Source of the DNA: Hyaloraphidium curvatum SAG 235-1
Taxonomy: Eukaryota; Fungi; Monoblepharomycota
Length of the DNA: 64,000 bases
Reading direction: 5' to 3'
Assembly (NCBI GenBank): GCA_025558095.1
Contig: JAIVFI010000009.1
Location: 785,465 to 849,464 of the forward strand
Each line of letters begins with the position of its first letter. Position 1 is the first letter of the stretch. This document shows positions 34,650 through 45,700 of this stretch, piece by piece. The notes under the pieces were generated by a model. That model worked only from the letters and a program-made list of their open reading frames with translations. It did not search any database and was not told where the DNA came from. The position numbers and the translations under genes were made by a program.

Positions 34650-36066
34650 CGCGCCGGGCTGCGTCGCTGTTTCCAATGGGCGACGGGGAGCTGGACCCGG
34701 TTTAGCCCCGCAGACCCACACCAACATCCCATGGACCCGAGGCACACGGCGGTGATGGAAAATGCTCGGGATCTCGCGGCTTCCCTCCAATATACAAGGA
34801 GAAGGTATCCAAATGCTCGCGCGAAGGAGAGCGCGGTCGGCCAGGCTGCCGTACCCCTGACCCCATCCATCATCGGCCCCAATCGAGTTGCCGGACTCCC
34901 ATTCCTCGCCTCGCCCTCCGACCCCTCTTCGCCCGACACCGCGCCGTCCACACGCGCCGCGTCCCCCATCCGCGTGATTCGGAGCACCGGCGATGGATCG
35001 ACCTCCGCCGCCCGGACCTCCAACCGGAGCTCTTTGGTAACGATGTAAACCTCCTTCGACGTCAAGCACTCGATCGAGAGCACCACCGCGGAGCGATTGT
35101 TTCTGAATGAGAGTAGAGCAGGTCACAAACGATCACTCATACTACGGAAACCAATAGTGATCCAGCTGGACGCGGCGCGGGAGGGCATCTATCCGAGGAC
35201 GCCTCGGCCCGGGACATACTCCTGAGCCTCCCCACCGCGGCCCCCGTCAGTGGCCGGAGCAGACTGGCGCGGAGTCGAAGGTATCCGAGAATACTTCTGC
35301 ACGATCACGTCGCGGCTCGGGAGCAGGGGTCCTCGAGCGGGCCTCGCGGCGTCAACGAGCCAACGGCAATGGCGACCGCCGTCGGATCGGCGCTGGGCTC
35401 CTAACGTGAGGACCAGGTGGCCGACGCGGAAGTTCCTTCATGTCCACGTTGTCCTAGGGACGTGGACGTTCCAGATTCCATCGCCGGTTCCCGCGACGCG
35501 TAGTGCTCGGAGAGGAGGCACCACCAGCGCCTCCCCGCCGGCAGCACGTCGCGGGTCCGCCGTCCGTGCGATGATGCGAAACCACTTCGCGAGTGACCTT
35601 GGCGCCTCCCGACAAAGCCGTCCCGCAAAACAGTGGCTTGGCCCCGCCGTCGGTGCGGGGGCGGCTGGAGGCGCCGGGCTTCTCGCCGCAGTGGTCTTCC
35701 TCGAGAGGGAGCCACGCTGCGCGACCGAGAATGTGCATATCTGATGCTCGAGCGTGCCAACCCGCGCCGGCGCTTGCGTGTCATTCTTTTAGAGCCCCCA
35801 AAGGAGGTGTCTCTGACGGGAGGAGGGCCCGCGCCGGCGCGCCGTGGTTGCGGGGCGGAAGCCCGAAGGGGCAGTGTCGCGGCGGACTGGATGCGAGCTA
35901 AGCGGCGCCCCATTTTGGAGTGCCGCTTATTGCCGGAGACTGCCACGCCCCGTCAAACCCGTCCGTTGCCGCCGCCCGACCCGTGATGGCCCCCCGGAGT
36001 GCCCGCGATGGATGAGTCAACCCGCCGTCTCAGAACCCCCTCCGCCACCCTCCCTCCCCTCCCCGC

Positions 36067-37065
36067 ATGCCCGACGCGTCCCGCGGCGCGCCCCGAACCT
36101 CCTCCGCGTCGTACACCCTCGCCCTCTCCGCGCTCGCGCTCCTCGCCGCGCTCCTCCTCCGCCCCGCCCCTCCCCGCGCCGAAATGTCCGGCGACGCGTT
36201 CGCGCACTTCGCGGGCAACCTCGCGCTCGCCCACAAGGTGCTCCGCCGCGGGGTGCACCAGATGGAGAACAACGCGCCCAAAGTCGGGGAGGCCGACGTG
36301 CCCGCGTTCGTCGGGTACTCCCTCGCCTTCCTGGCCAACCTGAAGAGCCACCACGACCAGGAGGAGCAAATCATCTTCCCCGCGCTCGACAAGGCGGCTC
36401 CGGGACTGGCGGCGCGGCACGAGGAGCACGGGGTGCTCGCGGGCGCGATGGGCAATCTGGGCGGGTACCTGGAGGGCGTGAGGGACGGGAAGGAGCCGTG
36501 GGACCACGAGCGGTTCGCGGAGGTGCTGTGGAGGGTGAAGAAGGTCGTGCTGCCGCACGTCGACGCCGAGGTGCGCCGTTCCTCCCTTCCGCCGGACGTG
36601 GCTGACGCGACGCGTTGCACCGGAAGGAAGAGGACCTCTCCCCCGCCGACTTGAAGTCTGGCGGCGTCGGCCCCGACACCATGGCGGAGCTGAACAAGGC
36701 CATGGCGGCGCACGGCAAGAGCCAGCCCAACAAGACCGTGTACGTCCCCTCGTTCCTGCTCCCTCGCTCTCGCTGATGGTTCGGGGCAGCGATTTCGCCT
36801 TCATGATCGCGCACCTATCCGCGTTCGTCCCCCGTTCCCTCCGCGGGACTGCACGCTGACTCTTCGTGCCCGACCGTGGCAGGGACGAGCGCGCCGCGTT
36901 CTTCGCCAAGGCGCCCTACTTTGTCCGCGAATGGATGTGAGTCCCTGCTTCGCTCGCGGAATGGAGTGCCGGGGAGCTGACCATTCGCGGTGCGGTGGCA
37001 GATTCTGGAGCTACACGCTGTGGAACTGGTCGTGGTGGCGGTACGCGACGACGTCGGATGCGTGA
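36067..37065 (+). CDS. Hemerythrin/HHE cation-binding domain protein
   Basis: AHKVLRR, SHHDQEEQIIFP, EEH and PHVDAE-EE; several short introns; alternative start at 36184. Confidence 0.85.
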
Positions 37066-37329
37066 GGCGTGGGGTCGGAACGGGACGGGCGCGGGCGGCG
37101 CGGGACGGCTTGGAAAGCTCATGGAGGACGGCGTCGGATTCTCGTATCGCAATCTGTTCACCTGCAGAACAATGTCTCTTCATTCGCGAGCCCGCAAAAG
37201 TCCACCATGCGTCCGCCGAACTAGGTCCGCGGGTCCGTTATCGCCATCCGCGCGGCGCAGATCCCGGAGATCGAGCCCGATCGGGGGTCCACGTTCCGTC
37301 GTTCCGGATGACCGGCCATCACGGATCGG

Positions 37330-39150
37330 TTCCTGCGGCGGCTCTGTACATCGACGGCGATATAGGAGGGATCCAGGGACGCCTCCGTTCGTGGCCGCGC
37401 CGTCCGGAGCCGCCCCGTCCGATTCGGCCCCGAAACCCCAGCTCGTCCGATCCGGAGAGGCACGGACCTCTTTGGACTGATCGAGAGGCATCCGACGACG
37501 CTTCCTCAGGGCCCGAGGCGTGCGCGCCGGCCCGAGTCTGCCGCGTTGCAGAAAACGCATCCAGGATGCACAATGGTTGCCGCATGAATGAAAGCTGAGC
37601 GCGCCCGCGCGTCCCCGTCCTTGGCCGTCCGGATGCGACGACGTGTCCTTCCGTGGGGGTGCCCGCGGCCTGTCCTGCTGCTGTTATCGGGTGCGATGCC
37701 ATTGAAGCGGCGCGCCCAATTGCGTTGCGAACCTGGACTGGCCGAGGGCGCCCCACAGAGCGCAGCACTGGCCCTCTTGCTCCGAGGGCGCGGGAGTTAG
37801 CAAACGACCCGCGGGGGCGTCGACGCCTCCGCGCTCGCAGCCTTCCTGCGCCCCCCGGCTACCGTCCCCGTCCGTGGCCGGGAACAGACCGGCGCGGAAG
37901 AGAGTTTTCGCGCATTTCGAAGGTATCCGAGAATACTTTCGATGCCGTCCGCGTCCGCGCCGGCATGGCCGACCGATGCGTCATCCCAAAGCCACACCTC
38001 CCTCCCGTCGTCCCGCGGTCCAGAAGTGGCCAGGACAGGTGCGAGCTTGGGCTTGCATGACCCTGCTTTGGGCGGCGCGAGAGGGTTTTCCTCCATACGG
38101 GGGCATCCTTGAACGATCTCCGTCCTGCGCCTCTGGATATAGGGAACCCCCGCGAAACCACGGCCCCCAACCGCCTTCCCTTCGTTCGTCGTCTGGTCTG
38201 TTCGCGACAGTCCGTGCCCGCGCCGGCCGCGCCCGTGCCGTTCGTGCCGGCGCCGCGTCGATCGTTCCCCCGCGTTGTCGCGGGGCCTCACCGCCCGGAA
38301 CCGTTGGCGTACCGGCTTTGTCGCAGTTAGTTGCTCCAGACGAAAGTACCTGGCACGCTGCGGGTGGCGCGGGATGCGCACAGGTCAGACTGGAGGGCTT
38401 CCCGGGATGCCCCGCTCCGTGCCACTGGCCGTCCGCGCCTCGGGTTTCGGGTCCTCGTCCCGGTCCCTCAGCCCGGCAGGCGCAGATCATCGGATTCCGA
38501 TCACATCGGAGGCGTCCGAAAATACCTCCGAAGCCATCCGCATTGATCCGCGCCGCCCTGCATGTCGGGAGCGAAGCCCCAAAGTTCCCCTCTTCTGGCT
38601 ATCCTGACGTCCTTGCGCTTTTTGTTTTCCGAGCCCGAAGTAGGTCGACTGCTGGCATCCTAGGGTGCCTTCGCGTCCGCCGTCGTCCGCGCCCGCCGGC
38701 CCGACAGATGCGTGACCCTATCAGCCACGTGCCCCCGCCTCCCCGTCCGCGTCCTTGTTCGGATCCTTAAGCACGCCGGCTCGGAGCAATGGGAGCCGTG
38801 CAAGGAAGTATCAGGCGGAGACACCTCCGCGTCCCTCGCCATCCGCGCCGGCCTGCCGGACCGCCACGTCATCGGCCAAGCAGCACGGCACCCTGCCCTC
38901 CCGCAGCTTCCGGTGATTGCGACGCCCGTTGCGCCGTTAGTGACGTCCCCGTGGTGGTCTGCGGCAGCTTGGGGAGCCGAGAGCGATGGGCATGTCCCGC
39001 CGCCCGCCCCACCATGGAGGTCTCGAGGCCTTCCGGCCGGCGGCCGCACGCGCCGCCCGAGGCGACGCGTGCAGTCTCGCTGCGCGACTTGACGGCCCCG
39101 GACACCTGAGGTCGGGCTGCGGGGTGTCGTTGGACGCCCTCGGGGGTCGC
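37330..39150 (+). repeat. Nested-palindrome hairpin array 2 (~12 copies)
   Basis: Clear copies at 37889-37963, 38366-38439, 38475-38557 and 38775-38852; others near 37366, 37485, 37813, 38099, 38654, 39016 and 39121. Confidence 0.8.
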
Positions 39151-39192
39151 GCAGAGTCGGACGGTGGTTCACCTTCGACAAGGGCTATCTAG

Positions 39193-39412
39193 TATCAACC
39201 GCCTCGCCTGGATCCGCGCGCACGTCACCCTAGGGCGGAGCTGCATCGGCTTGAACCGGCTCAGGGAGGCGTTTGCGGCGGTGGTGGAGGAGCGGCCGGC
39301 GGACGTGGAGCGCATGTGGCAGCTCGGGATCGTGCTGACCAACATCCCGGGCCGGGCGGCGAATGCCGTCGCGGTGCTGGAGAGGGCGGATGCGCTGGTG
39401 GCGCGGCGCTAA
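39193..39412 (+). pseudogene. TPR-like coding fragment lacking a 5' end
   Basis: AHVTLGRSCIGLNRLREA...MWQLGIVLTNIPGRAANAVAVLERA; no ATG. Confidence 0.5.
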
Positions 39413-40030
39413 TGGATGCCAGGAGGGTGGTGGCGGCGGCCTGATGGTTTCCGTCCGATGTATGTCGTTGGAATGTTTACCGTATTCGATGCGGGCGTGT
39501 CACGACTGGCAGACTGGGCGGGGTTCGCACCGGCAAAGAGGTGCCCGCGATAGCGCAATGCACCCGGTAGTCCGGTCCCTACCGGCGACGCGGAGCTTCG
39601 CAACGCCAGCGACCATCCGCACCACCCCGGGCTCAGGAGTCCCGAAAAAGCGACGTTGCTTTACGAGCGGCAGGCATTGCAGCTGTGGAACCAGCCGCCA
39701 GTGTCCGGATGCTGGAATGGGGTGGTTCGCAACCAAAGTTGGCCGCCGTAGGGCTTCGCGGCGGTTGGCTTCCGCTCCGCCTCCGCCCGCTCCCCGCCCA
39801 AGCACGCCAAAGCCGCGGGGCCACCGGCGGAAAGTGGGCGACGAAGCAACCACTTTATTTCCTGATGGGTTTCGTCGAAGCAGCGGCCGGAAACGGCCGA
39901 TTTCTCGGCTTCTGTTTTCCGCACGAAGTGGCCGGATTGGTCTGGGCCCACGGTTCGGCCGGCCGGAATCGGGCCGCCGATTGCCAATAATTGCACCGCC
40001 AAACAAACGGAACCGAAACCCTTCGAAAAG

Positions 40031-40753
40031 ATGCGTTCCGCCGCCGCCGCCGCCCTGCTCGGGCTCTGCGCCGCCCTGCTCGCCTCCGCCGCGTGGGCCC
40101 CCGCCACGCCCCCCGCGCGCGGGTGCCGGCTGACGCCCGATGCGACTTCCCGCCCGCAGGCCCATCGCCGACGAGCTGCCCGCCATCGCGGAGGACGGCC
40201 CCATGGAGCGCGCGATCTTTGTCCGCTCGTGCAGCGACTGCGTCGGCGAGGACGCGTATTGGTCTGCCAATCGCACCGCCGTTCCACCGCCCACGGTGCT
40301 GACGCGCCGCCTCCCCCGTCCGCGCCGCGCAGCGAGTTCAACCACCCCGACGCCACTCCCGACGCCCCCCTCGCCTGCGTCTCCCACGGCACCGACCACG
40401 CGCTTTACCGGCGCTACGAGGACCTCAACTGCCTCTCCCGCCCAGGCATCAGCGACAAGCACTACGAGGGCAACCTCGGCGTCGTCGTCTGCTACAACTT
40501 TGTCGTCAACGCCTCGGGGGTTACGTTTAACCAGGGCCAGGGCCCGTGCCCCTTTGGTTCCGGCGGCGGGCAGAAGATCTCCACCCTGTTCCCCACCGCG
40601 ATCACCACCAGCGCCCCGGGAGCGGCGGTGTGCATGGCATCGTACGCGCCATTCATATTTGGGGACAACTGCAACTCAGTGACGCAGTACTCGGGCTTGA
40701 CGTGCCCCGCCGCCACGAGCTTCGTGTTCAACATCACCGTGCCGTTCGCCTGA
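40031..40753 (+). CDS. Small secreted Cys-rich protein
   Basis: Signal peptide MRSAAAAALLGLCAALLASA; two introns; about 10 Cys. Confidence 0.7.
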   Translation: MRSAAAAALLGLCAALLASAAWAPATPPARGCRLTPDATSRPQAHRRRAARHRGGRPHGARDLCPLVQRLRRRGRVLVCQSHRRSTAHGADAPPPPSAPRSEFNHPDATPDAPLACVSHGTDHALYRRYEDLNCLSRPGISDKHYEGNLGVVVCYNFVVNASGVTFNQGQGPCPFGSGGGQKISTLFPTAITTSAPGAAVCMASYAPFIFGDNCNSVTQYSGLTCPAATSFVFNITVPFA

Positions 40754-41180
40754 TATGCACAGAAGAGCGCGGGAGCAACCCGTGTGGCAGAAGGACGGTC
40801 AGCGGCGCATGGGGACAACGAGGAGGTTCAAGACTGGTGGGAAGGCTCGGAGTGCGCAGACACGACTTTAGACGGAGTGACGTGGACGGTTGGGGTTGGC
40901 GGACCGGGGCTATTGGCATGTACTGCCAGCCTTTATGCATCTATATGCCGAGAGTTGCGGGGCTGTCGACACCGGCGATCGGTCCAGGGCGGTCATGGCC
41001 TCGGGCTTCTCGGTGGCACGCCCGGGCGGTCCTCTTTCGGAGGCTGTGCGGGCCGCAGCACGACAAATCCCCCCGGCACCGAGTGCCGCGACCGTCCGTG
41101 GTCGACGTCTTCCCGGCCGAGCTGGGGCGGCGGGACGCACGACCGGCGCGATCGCGGCGCCGGATTTCCAGGATCGTCTC

Positions 41181-41524
41181 TGAACGATGATGGGGCGCGT
41201 GAAGAGGCCGACCTCGGCCCGCACGTCGATGCGGACGGCGCCAACGGTGCGGACGGTGCCGAAGTGGGCGAAGCGCAGCGGCGCGGTGAGGGTGACGGCG
41301 GTGCCGGAAAGCGAGGCGATGGTGGCGACGTCGCGGTGTTCCATGTCCACGTCCGAGGTGGCGATGACGATCTGGTCGCCCGCGGCCCAGCCGGCGGCGC
41401 CGGCGACGGAGATGGTGGTGGCACCGGCGGAGACGTCGGTTGTCAGCTTCGTCCACCTGGTCCGCGGGGCGCCGTGCATGTGCAGCTGGCAGCCGTCGAC
41501 GGCGAACACCTTTGCTCCGAGCTC
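41181..41524 (-). pseudogene. Isolated fragment of a G8/fibrocystin-L/CEMIP-type protein
   Basis: LHMHGAPRTRWTKL...GWAAGDQIVIATSD...LTAPLRFAHFG...RAEVGLFTRPIIVQ; flanks do not continue the domain. Confidence 0.75.
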
Positions 41525-41685
41525 CGCCACAATGTCACTCGGGCCACAGCATCGGACCCGCAGGCCTCGAAAGCAGCGCCACGCGGCACAGCGGCTCGCT
41601 CCGGGTCGATCGCAAGCGGGGGCAGCGATTCCAGCCGCGGCAATCCATATTGTTCGCTACACGTGTTTCCCCGATTTCCGGTCCT

Positions 41686-42270
41686 TCACGTGCACCTGAT
41701 CACCGCCGGTTTGAGGGCGTTGTTGAGCCGGGCGTAGGTGTCCCCCTTCGAGGCGACCTGGACCACGGGAATGCAGCTGAAGTTGCCGGAGGCTGTGTAG
41801 GCCGAAATGAACTGGGTTGCGGTCACCTTGCCTGTCTCGCACTTGGCGGGGTCGGAGGGGATTAGTGACACTGTCGGCGGGCCGGCCGGAATGCCCCACC
41901 TGGTAACTCCACTGCCCGCCGGTCGAGCTCCTGAACTTGTAAATGGCTTGATAGGCGTTCGAACCGAGGCACTTGTAGCTGAGGTACACGCCGTTCTCGG
42001 AGGAGGTGGGGGTGGCGACGCCCCCCGTTGACGACGCGTAGCCCTTGGCGTTCTGCACGAAGACGTAGGGGAGGGCGGGGTCGGCGAAGGATCCCCAGAC
42101 GCCCGCGGCGAAGGGCGGGCCACCGGTCTTGGGGAAGGTGGGGGGCTGCGGCACGAATTGAGGGGAGGGGGTGCGGGGCGGCTTCGGAAGCTCACCCCTC
42201 CGTTGTTGGCGAGCGCGAGCGGCACAAAGGCGAGCATGGCGGAGACAACGAGGGCGGAGAGGCGCAGCAT
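41686..42270 (-). CDS. Small secreted protein
   Basis: Signal peptide MLRLSALVVSAMLAFVPLALA; two introns; 4 Cys in the mature part. Confidence 0.7.
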   Translation of the reverse strand: MLRLSALVVSAMLAFVPLALANNGGVSFRSRPAPPPLNSCRSPPPSPRPVARPSPRASGDPSPTPPSPTSSCRTPRATRRQRGASPPPPPPRTACTSATSASVRTPIKPFTSSGARPAGSGVTRWGIPAGPPTVSLIPSDPAKCETGKVTATQFISAYTASGNFSCIPVVQVASKGDTYARLNNALKPAVIRCT

Positions 42271-42534
42271 GGCGGCGTCGTCGGGACGGACCGACCGTTG
42301 CGGAAAAGTGCGACGTGGGGGACGTGGGGGATCGAGTCCGAAATCGGACGCGCCGTGCCAAGTGCCTGGCAGGTTGTCCCCACTTGCGAACCGGGTTCAC
42401 CTCGTCAGTGCCATGCATCGGAGATAACTACCATTGTGAGCCGACTGGCCCTGCCCGACCCGGGGGCGAGGTATGCAATGGAGGTCGAGTGGGGACCACT
42501 AGGAGAGGTTGGGAATGAACACAGCCCTCGCACG

Positions 42535-42708
42535 CACAGGCCTCCCACTGCTTACGCGACGTTTGCTCGTGATGCCGGCACGCCGTTTCCGTGGGCGGCG
42601 ATGCCGTTGCGAGCGGCCGCCCACAGTCAGAGAAGGCCCGAGCCACCGCATCCGGCAAGCCGGCATCACGAGCAAACATCACACGCCGAAAGCAGTGGGA
42701 GGCATGTG
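42535..42708. repeat. 174-bp fold-back element (MITE-like)
   Basis: Arms GCCTCCCACTGCTT/AAGCAGTGGGAGGC and GTTTGCTCGTGATGCCGGC/GCCGGCATCACGAGCAAAC; inner stem GTGGGCGGC/GCCGCCCAC. Confidence 0.85.
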
Positions 42709-42775
42709 TATCCAGTAGGCACATCTCGAAGGTCGAATCGCACGTAACACATTTCGCGGGCTCCGAAGCCCGGTA

Positions 42776-45700
42776 CTACCAGTTCAGCCCGGCCACTGCG
42801 ACCCGAGGCAGGACGCCCGGGATCGTGTACTGCGGCAACCATCAGCAATCGAATAACTCCATCTGCCCATTTGAAACACTCACAGCATCTTTGAAGATGA
42901 TGGGCGACGAAGGCGAGCGCACGTAGGTCTTCTTGGCGTAGGTCCTCGCCCCGCGGAAGCAGGTGCACCCCGTGTCGCGGAACCCGTCGTCGCAGGAATC
43001 TGTCGTGGCGGCCCCATCAGCGACACCACCGCACGGCCCCGCAAGCGCTGCTTACCGCAGCACGACTTCCTCCACCTGCAACGCCACCTCCTGCACCTCA
43101 GCCTGACGTGGCAGCACCCGCACCTCTTCCTCCTCGTCGCCGCGGGGCGGAAGCACAGCGCGCCCAGGTCCATGTAGTCGTCATCGCACCGCTCCCAGCA
43201 CACGGGGCCGATCCCGTCGAAGCCGGAGCGGCAGCGGGGATAGCACAGGCCGCCCTGCTTTTCCTGGCCCGAGGGGCAGGGGTCGTCCGAGTCGCGGGCG
43301 CAGGTGACCCTGTGAAAGGGCGACGCGTAAGCATAGCATCGCACGAGATGGATCGGCGCGCAGTACCCGAGATCTGTCCACCGCGACGGGCAGTTCTGCC
43401 AGCATATCCCCAGGACGTTCGTGTACCCCGCGCGACAGCTCCCGTAGCAAAGTATCCCCTGCAGGTTCGGATACGACGCCGGGCACCCGAAGGTCGCGCA
43501 CAGCCCCGAATTGCACCTGTGGTCTCCGGGGCAGTCCCAGTCCCTGCGGCAGAAGTAGAGTGAGAGCGGCTTGCCCAGGGCGCGGAAGGTGGCGACGATG
43601 GGGAAGCCGGTTCCGGAAAAGGGTCCCCCGACGGAAAAGCACGCGTCAATCCGCGAGGGGAGCGAAGGGATGTACATGGTAAGGATTTTCCAGGCCACAC
43701 CGAGCTGCGGCAGCGCGCCCGTGCCGTCGAGGCACACGCGGAAGCCCCACCCCGCCGGCGACGCGTAGATGTCGAGCTGTCCCGAAACCCTGACGCCGCC
43801 AAAGATCTGGTCGATAGGGTCCGCGAGCAGGTCGCCTATCTGCGGCATTGCCTGGAAAAAGTCGCCCAGATCCGACGTCAGGGATGTCTGCAGGGCAAAC
43901 TCCCAGTCCGAGGGGGTCAGGTACCGGACCACCGTGGCGCACGTGGCCGTGGCCAACCCCGACAGGTCCATCTCGACCATCCCGTCCAGCAGGCTGGCGG
44001 AGGGGGCCGCGGAGACCTGTACCGCCAGCGCCACGTCGACCCTCGCGAGCCCGTTCCGCCGGGGGTCCGAGTCGAGGAGCACGATCCCGGACGAGGCAAA
44101 AGTCAGCGCCACGGGCTCCAGGTCGAGGGTGATGCTCGCCGTGCCCTGAAAGTAGGTCTGTCCGCTGACGACCACCGAGCGGGTCCCGTGCGGCGTCCAG
44201 AACTCGCTGACGATGCCCAGCGCGTCCGAGGTGACGGTTCCGTCGAGGGCGAAGCCGGCGAGGTCCAAGCTGACGGTTATGTTGATCGGCGGCTCGGGCC
44301 AGAGGACGGTGGTCTCGACGCCGGCGAAGGCGAAGAGGTACTCGTTCCGGCATCTGCGTGGACCGTCAATGAGAGCCTTCCAAATCAAGGCGAAGAGACC
44401 CACGGATTCATCGCCGCCGCGATCTGCATGTTGGGCGCGTCCTCCGGGTACTCCACCCCCGGCACCTGCGTCGTGTAGAACCCCAGGACGTAGTACAACT
44501 CGTCGACCGCCGGGAGCGAGGCGAACATCTCGAGCCACTCCTCGACCTCGTCCCCCGGCAGAGGGGGGCGGGGGATGCGTGAGACCCAGGACGCGAGGGG
44601 GTTGGAGCCGAGGGTGTCGAGGTCGGAGCCCTTGAACGTCTAGCGGGGCTGGTCATCAGCGTCCTCGCGAAGGGAAGAGGGAAGGTGCGTTGCCCACCAT
44701 GCTGCAGATAGTCGCCCCGGCCCTCGCGCCGAGGAACCTTCCCAGCGGGAACCAGCCGAAAAGGTTCCCAACGCCGGGCACGTCGAGCCGCAGGGCTGAG
44801 CTCGCGGCGTCGAGGGCCGAGAGGGCGAACCGGCACCCGTGCAGGGGGCAGGCCGAGTTGTCGGATTGTCGGCGGAAGAGGGCGGAGAGGCGTGATGCCA
44901 GGGTCGGGGGTGGAGCAGTATCTGCGTGGGAGGGTGATGTGCCGCGCCTGACGATCTGCGGGTAGCTCCGGGCTGAGGGGACCGTCGGCGCCCCGGCGCC
45001 GGCGGTGAGGTTGACCCTGTCCCTCCTGTAGATCTCGTACGCGTACGGGAACAGCGTCGCACTCCCCTCCAGCACCGCCGTCCAGTTGCCCCCCCGATCG
45101 CACGGCGCCGAGGCAAACACCCGCAGCAGGTAGGACAGCGCGGGGTCGTCCTCCGCGTCCTCGCCGTACGGCAGCTCCGCGCGGCATCCCGCCAGAACCC
45201 GCACCTCGGAGCGGAGCTCCAGCTCGCGGGTGATCTGGGCGCACGTGCCGTTCAGGCCGCGGGACAGGTACGTCCCCGCGAGGAGGAAGAACACGGGGTC
45301 GTGGAGCTCCATGCGGTCCCCGTCGCCGACGTGGGCGTAGCCGGCGGGGCAGGGGAACGTGTCGTTCTGCGAGAACTCGGGTGCGGCGCGGGCGGCGGCC
45401 AGCATGCCGTTGGCGGGGGATGCCTCCTCCGCTTTCCGCAGCTCGATCGCGGGCAGCTTGACGTCGAAGCTCGCCCCCACTTGGACCCGCACCGCCGGTT
45501 CTCCGGGAGCAAGACACCGCGTCTTGTTCGCCCCCATCTCCACCCTGACTCTCGCCCCATCGGCGCCCACGGGCTCCGCGCACACCCCGCGCATGGCGAA
45601 CCGCCACCCCCCGTCGTCGAACCCGCACCGCTGCCCCGCGCGCTCCCCGATCCCGAGCTCGCGGAGCACCGCGTCCCTCGGCCGCATCGCCCCGTCCGCC

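Noticed and set aside
38712-38790. F-box-like LPVRVLVRILKHA
   Set aside because: Lies within the hairpin array and lacks the rest of the F-box motif.
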